Shown piece by piece: positions 37,131 to 50,455 of a stretch of DNA of 64,000 nt. A model generated the notes under the pieces. That model did not search any database and was not told where the DNA came from. It was given only the letters and a program-made list of their open reading frames with translations. The position numbers were made by a program, and so were the translations under genes. How positions within the stretch are numbered: position 1 is the first letter of the stretch; the number at the start of each line of letters is the position of its first letter. This DNA comes from Gordius albopunctatus (Eukaryota), in contig OZ193910.1 in the NCBI GenBank assembly GCA_964276515.1, positions 4,650,001 through 4,714,000 of the forward strand, given 5' to 3'.

Positions 37131-38129
37131 ATGATCGAAATTTGAGCGAATATTTGGTAGGTCTAAGCCTAGGTTTTAAACTTTATTCCAAATTTCTAAG
37201 TCATAAGAGAGTCAAGTTATTTTGTTTTATACGTTTTGTCACTTAATAAAATGTCAATCAAAAGTAACTACATGACGTACTGCGTATTTATCGTGTGCTT
37301 TGAAAATTTTAATATACAGTTCTTTAATAAAAGTGTATCACCTATAGTATTTTCTGTAGTGTGATAAATGTACTTTTTACAATTTGAAACATTAAATCAA
37401 AGTCATATTTTTGCTTATTTTTCACGTCAATTATTATTATAGGACGGTGTTGTCCCCTCCTTCGTGGGTAAATAAATTTAAAAAAATCTAATTTGGTCAT
37501 TTTTTGTGCGTTAAATAAGGAGAAAAATGAAAATAGGTTTAACAAAGTGCCAATAAATGTTGATATATCTCAGTTCTTCGGACCTCTAAGAAGGGCTCCG
37601 CCCCTAACTCTTAACAAGATTATTGTCCTCGGTTCTTTGGTGTTAGGTAGCGCCCCCGGGCCCCATGTTGTTTTTTGTTGAGCCTTTAACCTAAACTCTT
37701 ATACACTTCGCTGAAAAACATTTCATTTGCTGTGAAATTTAAGCAGGGGAGAAAAACGGACCTTAATTTTTGAGGGCTTGGCTACGTCCATGCTTATACC
37801 GGATGCTTTAAGTTTTTATGAATTATCTGAGTACACTGATAGCTTATTAACCAAATTAAGGTTTGTGGGCAATGCTTTTTTACGATCCCCCATAATATCT
37901 GAGTTTTTAATGCTGTATATCTAGGCCTATTTGAAACAAAAAGGAGGATTTGCTTAGGAAGTTAGGGGATATTCGCATGTTTCAGAAATACCCGAGATTA
38001 ATAATGTTGCCCCGGGCTCGATTTGGGCGCAAAAATCAAAATGGCTTTTCGCCTCGGGCCGGACAACTCATACAAATTAACGTAAGACAGTGGTCATTTT
38101 ATGGAGCATTTCAAACCTGGACTGTGGAT

Positions 38130-39238
38130 TAGAGGTCTGCATGGGCCGAAATTTCAGCGTCAGGCCCGGCCCATACCCGCACAAATATATATTTTTTTAC
38201 CCATACCCGCCCCGCAAAATGACAACAAAAAATGCGCTGCATCAGGCCCGCACGAGAAAAAAGCTTCAATGTTTTCAAAAAAATTTATTTATATAGAAAT
38301 AATTTTGCATGTATGAAAAAATTGTTATAGCATATAAAAACGATATTAATAAAAAAAATTATAATTCAATATTGTCATTTAGAAATAATAAACTGTCTAT
38401 TCTATCAGGTAGTAGTCTCTTACTAAACGTGCGTTCACTTGTAGCGCTTGTGGCTGGAATTGCCAAAAACTGTACAGCTAACTTTGTCAAATTAGGTAGG
38501 ATAAGGCCGTGTTCTTTCCACCATGAAATAATATCAAGCTCATCATCTATCGGTTTAAGATTTAATTTAAAATAAGTATCAAATTCATTGCTCTCCTCAA
38601 TCTGCTCTCTTTCATCGTCCTCCCAAACGGAGATATCCATATCGACTTCACCAATAGCTAATTGCCTACATACCTGAGCTGAATTGCTCATAGATGGACG
38701 ACTGATGCAAGAAGAGCTAGAATCTTCTTGCATTAATTTATTTAAAGTTTGTGTTACCATGGTTTTAACAAGAATAGCAATGTTGATATTATAAGTTTGT
38801 AATAAGAAGGAGAAGTGTAGCTAAAACTAATTAATTATAAAATAAAATTTTTTAATGAATTACCTTAAAGCTTAAAACAACGTCAATGAGATCTTGGAAC
38901 AAATATTAAGCAATCTAAGAATTTGAAAAGCGAGGGAAAAAATAAACAATGAAGTTAAAAACAAACACTACCTTCTATCCATTCAATTAATTTACTTAAT
39001 TAATGAAAAATATAATATTAAATTTTCCCTCAAAATAATACTGTTCAAATGGCAAATTTTTGTTAGAAAAAATAAATTTTTTATCATCAAGATAATAAAT
39101 GCATTTTTTTGTGTCAATACTATATTGATAGTATAGAGTTTAATATATTTAAATTTTTTCACTTATCAAAGCCCAAGCCTGGCCCGCACTTTTTTTAGTG
39201 CTCGATTTCAGGTCCGGCCCGGCCCCTGCAGACCTCTA
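38130..39238 (-). mobile_element. Non-autonomous hAT element
   Basis: TIR TAGAGGTCTGCA / TGCAGACCTCTA; perfect TSD CTGTGGAT; ISWWKEH...[15 protein letters not shown]. Confidence 0.92.
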
Positions 39239-39419
39239 CTGTGGATTATTAAAATAATTAAATAAAGATAGAATACATGTGAACAACAAATTGAGTTTAA
39301 AAAACCTTATTTTTTGTCGAACTTGACATTTTGATAATAAATTAATTAAGAAATTAAAAATTGATTAATAAGCATCGGCATCAAACACCAGGGAAGGAAA
39401 GTTTATAAAAGCCACAGAG

Positions 39420-39750
39420 ATGAGAATTCTACGGTTGAGCTTGGGGTAAACTAAGCTCGACCATATGACGAATGACTTTCTCATGACAAAAATGAATATT
39501 AAACCTACGGCGGATATGATTAACGAAAATCGGTTAAGGTGGTATAAACATATACTAAGGGGAATACGAATGACCTAAATCGAAAAGTACTGGATATGGA
39601 GGTGTCGGAGAAGAGACGAAGAGGACGACCCCGTTCACATGGAACGGGCAAGGCGATAAAGTTATGAAAACTAAAGAGTAGTCAAGAAATGGCACTCACC
39701 CGGTCAAGATGCAAGAAGCTTATCAAAACAAACCCCACGACCGTGGGACA
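39420..39750 (+). mobile_element. 3' fragment of the RTE family at 29893-35060
   Basis: Matches the reverse complement of about 29920-30223 joined to 32565-32600, i.e. the empty site without the hAT. Confidence 0.8.
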
Positions 39751-39972
39751 AGATTTAAACAAAGGGCTTCACCCCTGAACCCCGGCTGGGGCTGCCCCTC
39801 TAAACCTTACTCAAGGAGCCCCACCCCTTAAACCCCTGTGTACTTGTTGTCTTTGTGTGGCCTTATTAGGCTCTTCTAAATTCGTATGGGAGCATTCATT
39901 TGCTATGCAATTTTATAAATAGTAAAAATTAACGGACGGCAAATTGAGGGTAGAGGGTCGGGCTATGTCTAT

Positions 39973-40149
39973 TAGAGTTGTTAAATTGCTAACTTTCTTC
40001 AACTCCAGCTACCATCTGCTCGAGTTTCTGCTCGGTCCACGGGCATTTTTATATGCTAATGTTCTACCTAATGCACCGAACAGAGAGCACATATTGTGCT
40101 AACGGCTCGCGTCTGGAGTTTGAAGAAAGTTAGCAATTTAACAACTCTA
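39973..40149. mobile_element. hAT-type MITE
   Basis: ~36-bp TIR TAGAGTTGTTAAATTGCTAACTTTCTTCAA; perfect TSD ATGTCTAT. Confidence 0.9.
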
Positions 40150-40714
40150 ATGTCTATAATGGTACCTGTTGTCTTAAACTACACAATATATCAGTAAAAC
40201 ATGATAACAATGAGACCCTATTGCAATAAAGCTCTGTTGGCGGCCAATGATATACCTAAAGTTTCTAAGCTGATGTAAGCAGAATTGTAGTTTGCCAAAA
40301 TAAGTGAAAAGCTGGACGCGCTAAAATATGTTCAGGCTTAAAAATTAAACAAGAGCGGGTTGGGGTTTTGATTGAAGTGCGAAAACAGCCATTTGCCAGA
40401 ATCGTGATTTTGCGGTAGGACCCAAAAATGTTTTTAGCACCTTTAACAAAAAAACAAACCTGTGGCAATTTATAAATTAAATAATTCTTTAGGCATGTAT
40501 TGATTTATTTGACAGTATATTTATATAGGCAAAATGTGTAAAGCAAAGCAATAAAAATTTGATATACTTTTAGAAGATAATAACAACCCCTTTCAGGAGT
40601 GCCCGCAATTAAATTAAAAGAATACTCTAATTAGCGCCATCTATGGGCAATTTTAATTAGAGACTAATTTGAACTATGTATATCCCTATCTTTTTTAGTA
40701 TGTGACTCGAAAAT

Positions 40715-40764
40715 GATAACAGACATATAACGTTTTCGCTCTTATTAGAGCTCATCAGTTTATC
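40715..40764 (-). ncRNA. Minimal type I hammerhead ribozyme motif, probably decayed
   Basis: Minus strand reads GAUAAA CUGAUGA GCUCU-AAUA-AGAGC GAAA ACGU-UAU-AUGU C UGUUAUC. Confidence 0.7.
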
Positions 40765-40989
40765 TTCTAAAAGTATGTCATTAACCTGCAATTTATTTAC
40801 TAATTTCTAATATAAAAATTTGAGGTTAAGTACTTTGCTTTATGTGTTTATATTTTGTATTTAACGTTTTAATTCTTCCTAAATTAATTTCGTGAATTAT
40901 TTCCCATAGGACAATTATATTTTAATCACTTATTATATGATCGAGGCATAACGATGAGCATGCACATCACCTATAGTATTTTCTAGAAA

Positions 40990-43577
40990 TCTTATATATA
41001 AAAATGAAACTATGTGTGTATGCCGCCACCAATTTTGGAAAACTACCAGACCGATTTTGCTAAAATTTCACACTTTATTCCTGACACTCCGGAGCATGTG
41101 TTAAGATTTGTTCGAGCCAAATCGGTCCAGTAGTTTTCGAGTTAGTTTGTTTTATACGTTTTGACGTTTAATAAAATGTCAATCAAACGCAACCTCATCG
41201 TGGTGTTCTTTGAAAATTTGAATATACAGTTCTTTAATAAAAGTGTATCACTTATAGTATTTATTTTCTAGACCGTTGTAATATTGGATTCAGCGAACGT
41301 TGTAAAAAAGCGAACGTCAAACATGGCAATCAAGCGTCATTTATTATTTTCATTAAAAGTGTTGAAATAGTTCTTATTGGCGGATAAAAACATCAATCAT
41401 CAATAATATTATGTTATTTTCATGCTTAATTTATGAAATGAATATTAAATTTAACATTTAGTAAATTTTTAATTAATTTATTTTTTACTAATAGAGCTAG
41501 ATTATATATTTCTAGAAAATAATAAATATGTTATAATATTATAAATTAATGGCGCTAACATATACCGTTGATATAAATTTTATATCAAACATGAAAATGT
41601 TTTATTTGTAATATGAATAAAATAACTACAATCCGCATTCATAAATATAATTATAGTTGAAAATTTCTTTCCTCATTTTAAGGGGAGGGGGCGGCGGCCC
41701 TTTCCCCTGCAAATTTGTTTTGTTTCATTAACATCCATTACAACTCTACAAATTTTTTCTAAGAAAAATAAAAGATATTTTTAAAAATACCTGTTTTCTG
41801 TCCACAAAATTTGCCTACTTTTTTAACATATAGGAATCCATCTTTTACAAAGTAGCTACTTGTTTTTTTAACAAAGTAGTACTTTTGTTTAGGATTTACA
41901 CCCATTGGAATAGTTCCCTTTTCCAAATAATTTTTTATTTCTTCACAACCAAAATTTACCATTCTAGTAAAATATTGATAAATTGAAAGATGCTAATAGG
42001 AATTATTGCATAAAACACAAGAGATAAGTTGTAAGGCTAAAAAGGTTGTATCGTAACTATTACTACTAGATCTGTATGAATATAATGATATCAATTTAAA
42101 AGACAGACAAGATCTGTATAAAAAGCAGAAAATTAATGTTTTACAATAATATATTATGTTATTTAACTTAATGTTCACAATAAGCATCTACCTTACAAAA
42201 TGTTACTAAGGTTCAAATCTATCTTTTACAAAATGTTATTAAGGTTCAAATCTATCTTGTTTAACTAGAAATATTGATAAGTTTATGAAAATAAATTTGA
42301 TATCAAATTTTAACTTAATGCTTAATTCAAAAAAATTAGCATCAACCTTACAAAATGTTATTAATGTTCAATTGTCTTGTTTAATATATTTGTTTGTTAT
42401 AAAATCTGGAATGAAATAATATATAAAATATAAAAATTTATATAATACCTTTCTAAAACTCTTGTGTATTAGTTATCTCTGTTCTTGTTTAATGTTTTAG
42501 TTATCTCTAATTAAAATTTAGGATAATTGAAGTTCAAATTTAAAAACACTATGGTATAACAATGGGATCGTGACAATGCTTTTTCCGAATCCCCACCCAA
42601 TCTCCTGCTAATGAAAAACACGTGATATAACGTCAAAACTCATTATTTCGTGCAGGGTAAAAATAAAGGGGGGGGGGCAAAATACCCACCCCCTCCCCTC
42701 TGGTAAGAAAGAGGGCCAAAAATAGGGGGGAGGGCAAAACATCCAAGAGGGAAAAAATAATATTCTATTTAACTTAATATTTAATACAACACAATTAGCA
42801 TCTACCTCCTTAGAAAATGTTATTAAGATGAATATAATTATATCAGTTAAATGTATTAGTTATCTATCTCTAATTCATATATGGGATAATTGACGTTCAA
42901 ATTTAAAAACGCTATGGTATAACAATGGGATCGTCAAAAGTAACAATGCTTTTTCCCAATCCCCTGCTAGTATAAAAAGACGAGATAAACGTCAAAACTC
43001 ATTATTTCGTGTTTTTAACCAATAGCAATTCTGGACTGACGTTCGCTATTTTACAACGTTCGACATTTCTGTACCTTACACCGTCATGCGTAGTGTGATA
43101 AATGTAGGCATGTGCTGCGGAAAATAGAAACTTTTTACGATTTGAAACATTAAATCAAAGTCTATTTTTGCTTATTTTTCACGTCAATTATTATTATTGG
43201 ACGGTCGTGTCCCCTCCTGCGTCGCTAAATAAATTAAAAAATCTCATTTTATCATTTTTTGCGCGTTAAATAAGTAGAAAAATGAAAATACTTTTAACAA
43301 AGTGCCAATAAATGTTGATATATCTCAGTTCTTCGGACATTAAGTTCAGAATTAAAAGTTTTATTCAAAAACAAATAATTATAATTATGATATTGTTTCT
43401 TAATTACAAAAAATTTAAAAGAAATGCTAGAAGGGCCAGGGGGTCAAAGATTTTTTCCTTGGGGGGGGGGGGCATGGGGCCAGGTTTTCCCTCTTGGGTG
43501 GGCCTGGGCCTTGGACCCTCTTTAACTATTTGTTTTAAAATTTTTGCATAATAAATACTTATCAATTATATTTGATA
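40990..43577 (+). mobile_element. Helitron-family copy interrupted by a Ginger element
   Basis: A|TCTTATATATAAAAATGAAAC start; body resumes after 43085 and matches 1400-2095 without the MITE. Confidence 0.75.
41277..43080 (-). mobile_element. Non-autonomous Ginger-type DNA transposon
   Basis: TGT...ACA ends, ~45-bp imperfect TIRs, 4-bp TSD CCGT; ORF 41759-41962 (IKNYLEKGTIP...YFVKDGFLY) resembles the N-terminus of Gypsy-like integrases. Confidence 0.75.
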
Positions 43578-43985
43578 CTAGATGAACCCGGCAAACTTGT
43601 TTTGCCATTAAAGCGGTTATTGAAGTAAAAATAAAGTTTGATAATTTTCAAACAAATATTATAGCTTGTAATTGGAAACACAAAGATATGTTAGGTTAAA
43701 CAAATTTAAAGGATCTAATGATCCTGGTCTACAATCATAATCGAGATATTATACAAAAAGATGAATTTAGCTTTGGATTAGTTTCGTTCTAGTGGTCTCA
43801 ATCACACTCAAATCTTAAAAATGATATTCCACTAGGCCGCCTATAGGATAATAAATCTTATAAATTTCCGTTTCTTGATTATTTTAATTTTTATATATTT
43901 ACATTAATTTGCAATTTGTGCATAAAAATATTCAGAAATAATATTAATGAACAAAGTAAACGGTTAGGACACAAGTTTTTTTGAG

Positions 43986-45362
43986 TCAGGGTACCTTTTT
44001 AGTCGGCGAAATATGTAAAGTAGCCAGTACATCATAGAATTCTAAGTTGTCGTTGTGAGGGCATCGTTCAAACATATGCAACCTGCTTACTATAACTCTC
44101 TTCATTGCTTGAATATTACAAAGGCTAAATTGGTATTCTTGTAAACCTCTGAACCGTATTGATGTAAAAGCTGACATCAGCGATGGTTTTATACCAAGGC
44201 TAAAACAATTTATATCTTCCTCGTGATCGGCCCCAAAACTGTGACCAACCTCGTGGGCCAATGTGTTAACGGCAAGTGGAAGACTTCTGAAGTTTCCCGG
44301 CAAGAAAGTGTAATCGAAAAAATTAACAAATGCCATATTTGCATTCTTAATAAAGTTTGATGGTCTCAGGTAAGATATGTCGTTCGCAAATATACCAGCA
44401 TATGTGTACATGTCCGAGCTGGCCATCCATGCCTGGCCTGTGACTTGCCGTAAATTCTGGTATGTAAATGACACTGCCAAGCAGTATTCGTTACCATAAT
44501 TCTTTTGGGAGATTTTTTCTAAATAATGTCCTTTGTTGTACTCTACGTCTTGGCTTGAAAAGACGTCTCTCATATCAGAATGGCTCCAATCCATGTAAAG
44601 AGTGATCTTCGATACCCTAAATCCCACGTGATCTATGAGGCCGTCGTCGGTGAAGTCCATTGACCTATAAATAAAGTCCAATGCACCAGCGATTAAGACT
44701 GTATTATGCAAGGCTAGGGCCACACTACCTCGCGCCACATTTTCCATAAACGAAACATCTACGATTATGTGCAGGCCACATACTTTCTTACTACCCGGCT
44801 CGAAATGATTCAAACGCTGCCTCAATAACAAGGGGTCCGAACTGGCATTAGTAAATTTATTCAATTTTTCTAACCAACCTTGATCAGGTTGCCAGGGATC
44901 TTTTCTATGAAAAACGATGGCATCTTGTCTTAGCACAGACATAGATTGTCGACCCATAATTTCATCTAGGCCAAAATTTGTGGTCCTATAAGGATCAAAG
45001 GGATTATTGACATCAACATAATGTATGACCTCTTTGATGTAGATAAATCCTTCAAAATAAGGATGGGAATAGCGACCAAAGAAAAATGAATTATTTTGAC
45101 CGAATATAACTCCAACATAATATGTGTGATCCAGCATGTTGTTAAGAGAACGTACTATGGGTCTAAGCGTGTTGTGCGAGTCAAAAATATTTAACATTGT
45201 AGAATGATCGATTACATCGGAACGGGTTTTAAGATGCAGATTAAATGGCAAATTTGTTGGTTTAATATAAGGATTGTCTATATTATATTTGCGTCTGGAG
45301 CAATAGTTCATGTAAGCATTGAAACAATTAGCAAAGAGATATAAAATTGAAAGCCCTATCAT
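43986..45362 (-). CDS. Intronless secreted ADAM10/kuzbanian-like zinc metalloprotease (signal peptide, prodomain and catalytic domain only)
   Basis: Hydrophobic N-terminus from ATG 45362; prodomain-like FEGFIY; YCLAVSFTY, GQAWMA, AHEVGHSFGADH zinc motif, Met-turn SLMS, FSLCN. Confidence 0.88.
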   Translation of the reverse strand: MIGLSILYLFANCFNAYMNYCSRRKYNIDNPYIKPTNLPFNLHLKTRSDVIDHSTMLNIFDSHNTLRPIVRSLNNMLDHTYYVGVIFGQNNSFFFGRYSHPYFEGFIYIKEVIHYVDVNNPFDPYRTTNFGLDEIMGRQSMSVLRQDAIVFHRKDPWQPDQGWLEKLNKFTNASSDPLLLRQRLNHFEPGSKKVCGLHIIVDVSFMENVARGSVALALHNTVLIAGALDFIYRSMDFTDDGLIDHVGFRVSKITLYMDWSHSDMRDVFSSQDVEYNKGHYLEKISQKNYGNEYCLAVSFTYQNLRQVTGQAWMASSDMYTYAGIFANDISYLRPSNFIKNANMAFVNFFDYTFLPGNFRSLPLAVNTLAHEVGHSFGADHEEDINCFSLGIKPSLMSAFTSIRFRGLQEYQFSLCNIQAMKRVIVSRLHMFERCPHNDNLEFYDVLATLHISPTKKVP

Positions 45363-48300
45363 GATAGAAAAGAAATTGTAAAACAAAATTAGATAATTTA
45401 TAGAGTATTCTATTAGAAAATTTCAATAAGCAAATAAACTTAATTATTAAAATATATAAAGTCCAAGAAATTTAAATGCATTAATTAAGCATTAAAATCT
45501 AGCAAGCGCATTAAAAATGCATATATTATTCTTTACGCTATTGTTATTTTAAAATGATGGAACGGCTTTTGATGGTTACTTACCAAGCTATCCTGAGAAA
45601 AATTTGCTATTTTCTCCAGGTATTATATAAATATATAGGACTTCTTTCATTTTAATAATTCTAGGAGAAGGTCTGTAATTTTTTAAGTCTTTCGTTGCAC
45701 CTATTTAATATATTGATAAATAGCAGGCACGTAGATAGGATTTTCACGAGGGGGGGGGCATATTCGGAAATTTTACAACGCATTTTGTCAAAAATTAAAT
45801 AAAAAAAATTAGATATATATATTATGTTTCTAGGTTTTTATAAGTGTCTTAAAGTCTTTGATATAGCTAAACTATAAAACCCATTTCATTTAGTTATTGA
45901 TCAAAAAACAGGGGGGGGGGGTGGGAATTTCCTGTTCCTCCCCCTCTCATTTACGCCACTGATAAATAGCCTATCGTATTTTAAATCAATTTTTCACTCT
46001 TATATAACTTTTACAATATTCCATGCACGTCTGAGCCCCGGAACAAGCCCGCCAGAAAAGAGTTTAGACCAGACTTGGGTACAAATATTGATCTCGAACT
46101 AGGCCTGCTCAACTAGCCCAATTACAGGTCTAAAACCGGCTTTAAACATACAAACCCATAACATGCCTTAAGCTCATGACACCTAAAAGCACAACCCTTA
46201 ATTCCTGTCTAGCTCTTTTTTTACTCAAAATTTTAATTACCTGTCTTTAAATGTATGTATCTAATAGCTCTCATAATTTTGAAGGAGGTCAGTATATAAA
46301 TAACACAAAAAAGTTCATTTAAAATAGTAAAATACATATTTTTAACTTTTAAGTGACAATAAATTTGAGTTTATTAAATTAAAGCAGTTTGATTTTCATG
46401 GGCCTACCCAGGTTTTAGATTAGGGGGGGGGGGCAAAACGTTTGAAAGTTCAATTAGGGAGGGGCTAAACATAATTTTTTTTAAATCTCAAGGGTTTTTG
46501 CATTGAAAATTTTTTTTCGTCATTCAGGGGGGGGGGGAGGGGCTGGCTACGCACACGTTAATATTATTAATTACTTTGCAATTACAAAATCAATAATTAG
46601 GAGGGGCAATTGAAGCTTTAGACCTAACATTTTATTTAAAACACTTAATAATATCAACTTATTATGTTCTATATTTTTTAGGTGAATGGATTAAATAATA
46701 ATAATTAAGTATTGTAAAAGTTCGAGTAGGAAATGGATTTATTTTTTGATATTTGGTCAGTTTAGGGAAAATTTGAATAAAATTATCGGGTTCGGGACAG
46801 GGTCGATAAAAGCATTGTGTGGTTCTCATTATACAAATTTTATTGGGTAATATAAGTGATGGTTATTCTTAAGTTCGAGTTATTAATTTTATCATAATAA
46901 TTATTGCTTTATACTGATTGATCACCGTGGGGGTAGCCAGGGGGGCCCTAAATAACAAAAAAACTTTTTCAATGCAAGACCCATAAAAATTAAAAAAAAT
47001 TATGTTTCGCCCCTCCCCCCAATTGAACTTTAAAACATTAAAAGTTCAATTGGAGGGGGGGGGGGGCAAAACATTAATTTTTTAGGGTTTTTGCATTAAA
47101 TTTTTTTTTCATTTAGGGGGGAGGCGATAACCCTTATTATTTTCCAAGTTTTAACTGTTGTTAATTTACACAGATTTAGAAGCAAATTTAAATAAGTTAT
47201 TTTAAAGAAAATTGCGTTTAATAACGGTCGTCGGATTGATTAAATGAGTAGAAAGGAAAGAGTTTGGAAATTTCGAACGACAGGGACGAAATAAAAAGTA
47301 TGTTGTGAAAAGTTACAGCAAGTGGTAGCAAGGTCATGCAATTTAGTTTCTCGCCAGTTTTATCTTCCAGTTTTTTCGACCTAACCATCATCACCTTGCT
47401 TCTCTACATGACCAAATTATCTTAATCTGTTTGCTACAAGCTTTTTCTTAGATCTTGTAATTAGGTTACTCCCTACTTCATCGTTGCGTTTGTGTTCCTG
47501 CTTGATACCACTAAATTCTCTTAGAAGATCACCATAAGCGCCAAATTTTTTCTTACTTTTCTCGTCTAGTCCATTTTTGCGAGATATATACAATTATTAT
47601 TGGCCTTGGCCAATAGAGTTCTTTCAGTCTTGTAATGTATATAGCAAAACAACGTTTGCCGGGTCAGCTAGTATATATATATATATATTACAATCCTACA
47701 ACGCACAACATAATAAATACAATAAAAATGCATAATGCTGATTTAGTTTTATAATAACATCGAATATGAGTGAAGATTCTGCTAATGTAACGTTGACGGA
47801 ATATATTGCGCTAGTATGGAACCACATTATCTTCTGGTAAAACTTGATTGCCAGCTCGATGAACTAAGGAACTGATCATGCTATAAAAAATGCAAAAGTT
47901 TATGATATGACCGATAAATTTAATGATTAAAATGGAAAACAAACTCACCAAAATAAAAAGACGAAGAATAAGATGAGGTAGTATGCCATTTTTAAGATCG
48001 CAAATTGAATCGTCTTCTTAAGCACACCATGATTGTATATTACGGTTGGATCATAAATTCCAACATCCCCTTTAGGTAACGTTAGAATTCTAATCAATAA
48101 ATTAATGCAAAAAAAAATACGATTTTGGTTGTAAAGACATTTAATTGTATATAGTTAAAAAAATAAAATTTAGCCAAGTGATAGATGTGGAATACATTTT
48201 TATTTCTGAAAGGTGCATTGCCCCCCCCCCTCAATTTTTTTGTATAACTTTTTATTCAAGTGAGATATACATAACTTAAAAAGAAATATTTAATTCTTTT

Positions 48301-50251
48301 TATTAATTAACAATTTGCACTGAATGTTTTACAGTACCTTTAAAGGTATAAAATTATAAGAAAAATCAATCAAAACTACAATTACTCCTATAGCAAACCA
48401 AATTCAGATAATTTATGGCAACACTTATCAGAGGTCAAATTTGTTAATTTTTTTCTAACAGAAGCTGGCCCGGGTCGATACTTAAATTGCTCGACCAGGC
48501 CAGCCCCAACCCTTCTAAATGTCCGCCTGGCCATGAATGAATCATAAGAGCTGTCCGGCCCAAAACAAAGTGAGGATTTTTACAATTTAATGTAGTAATT
48601 TCGTTTTATTTTCAAATTTTTTTTATTTAATTCTCATTTTTTTCGACAAAAATTATGATTAATAAATATTATATAGGCCAATAAAAATTTACAAAATTAT
48701 ACATGAAAACAAAATATCACACAAAATAATACACTCAATAAAAAAATCTCATTGAGACCGAATCTTGTTATGGTGCTAGCACGGAACCTGCCCAAAAAAT
48801 CTAAATTTAAGACAGTTGTCTGGTCTCTTGACAATAATAGAAAAGGTCTCAATACTTTTATATTTTTCTATAATTAATGTTATAAAACTATTTAAAAATT
48901 AATACTTTAATAATTAACTTTTTGTACAAATTATCACCTTAAGTTTCCACATTTATTTTCCAAAACAATCACTTCATTAGGTAAAAACACCTTGATCTAT
49001 TACTGCATCAAGCTAGTAATTATTTTAACAAAGGCAAGTCACACCACACACTATTTTAAAAGGTAAACAAAATGTGTCATGACAATAATTAATAGGCCAT
49101 AAGAACATGGGCACAGCTAGCATTGGAATTAGAGAGAGGCAATAATGATTTAGGAAGGGGCAAAATGATTATTTTTTGAAATTTTCGCCCCATAATTTTA
49201 ATGAATTTCAACAATTTTTTAGATTTAGAGGGGGGGCAGCCGACCCTCCTGGCTACTTCCATTCATACAAATAGTGCACATGATAAAGTACAATATTATG
49301 AAGAAAGGACTCAATTTACGACAAGTGGTAGCTATCAATTATCATTATTTGATACGTGGTTACTAGTGGTAATTGACTCCTTTCTTCATAATACTTAAAC
49401 TGGAAACGTTTTAAAATATTATTTCAATATTACAAAGGTAGTACAATGTTTTCTTAGAATTTAAAGCTTCAAAATTTATATCATAAATTAATTTTAATGT
49501 TAAACCACTTTCCTCCTTTATTACCCAACAGTCCCAAATGAAATAAGTATTTTTAATCTTAACATTTTCACTTCATAAATATAATTATACAGAATGTGGT
49601 AAAATAATGTTCATACTTTTAAATGATTATAGCTTAAGGCTAATATCAAGTGATATAATAACCTAAAGATAAGTGCAAAAGGCCTAATCATTTTTATAAA
49701 ATAAAGAAATACTTATAAATTACAATCTATTTCCTACAAAATTATGTTTAATATAGTAGTGGTAAAAAATATTTATGTTATTGTAAAATAAACCTAATGC
49801 CTTTGAATATTTCATTGTAAAAATTATATACTTGTATATTAAATAGGTCGGCATCACAGATGCAATTATAGCAACATACCAATGTTTTGAAATTAAGGTT
49901 AGGAGCACTATTGCTAAATTTCCTCCGAGTTCTGGAATAAAGCACTAAATCAATTGTCAATTTTAATTTATTCATTATACTTTATTTAGACGACTACAAC
50001 ATTGGATAGAGTTCAAATAATCACATTCTAAATCTGTTAAGGTAATAATCTATTTTGACAATTTTATTTGAATAACATATATATATTTACATAGTATATC
50101 ATCAAAAAAAGAAGTGATGCAGATAAAATTAGATCAATCACATAGATCGTGGTATCAACAGATGTAAACATCATCTAACCGCATTTCGTTTCAAACATCA
50201 TCTGTTAAAATGATATATATATTAGAATTTAAATACATCAATTGCCCAGGC

Positions 50252-50455
50252 TAGTGTTGTATACACTGCTGGGTTTTGTTTAGTCGACGTTTGGTTTTAG
50301 TCGACTAAACATAAACAGACTAAAGGTTTGACCAAAGAATTTTGGTCTGTTTGTGAAAGTAAGAGAAAAAAACAAAAAAAACCTTTGATCTGTTTATGTT
50401 TAATCGACTAAAACCCAGGCCCACCAAACCAAACCCAGCCGTTTTTACAAAACTA
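50252..50455. mobile_element. hAT-type MITE
   Basis: TAGTGTTGTA / TACAAAACTA TIRs, internal palindromy, perfect TSD GCCCAGGC. Confidence 0.85.
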
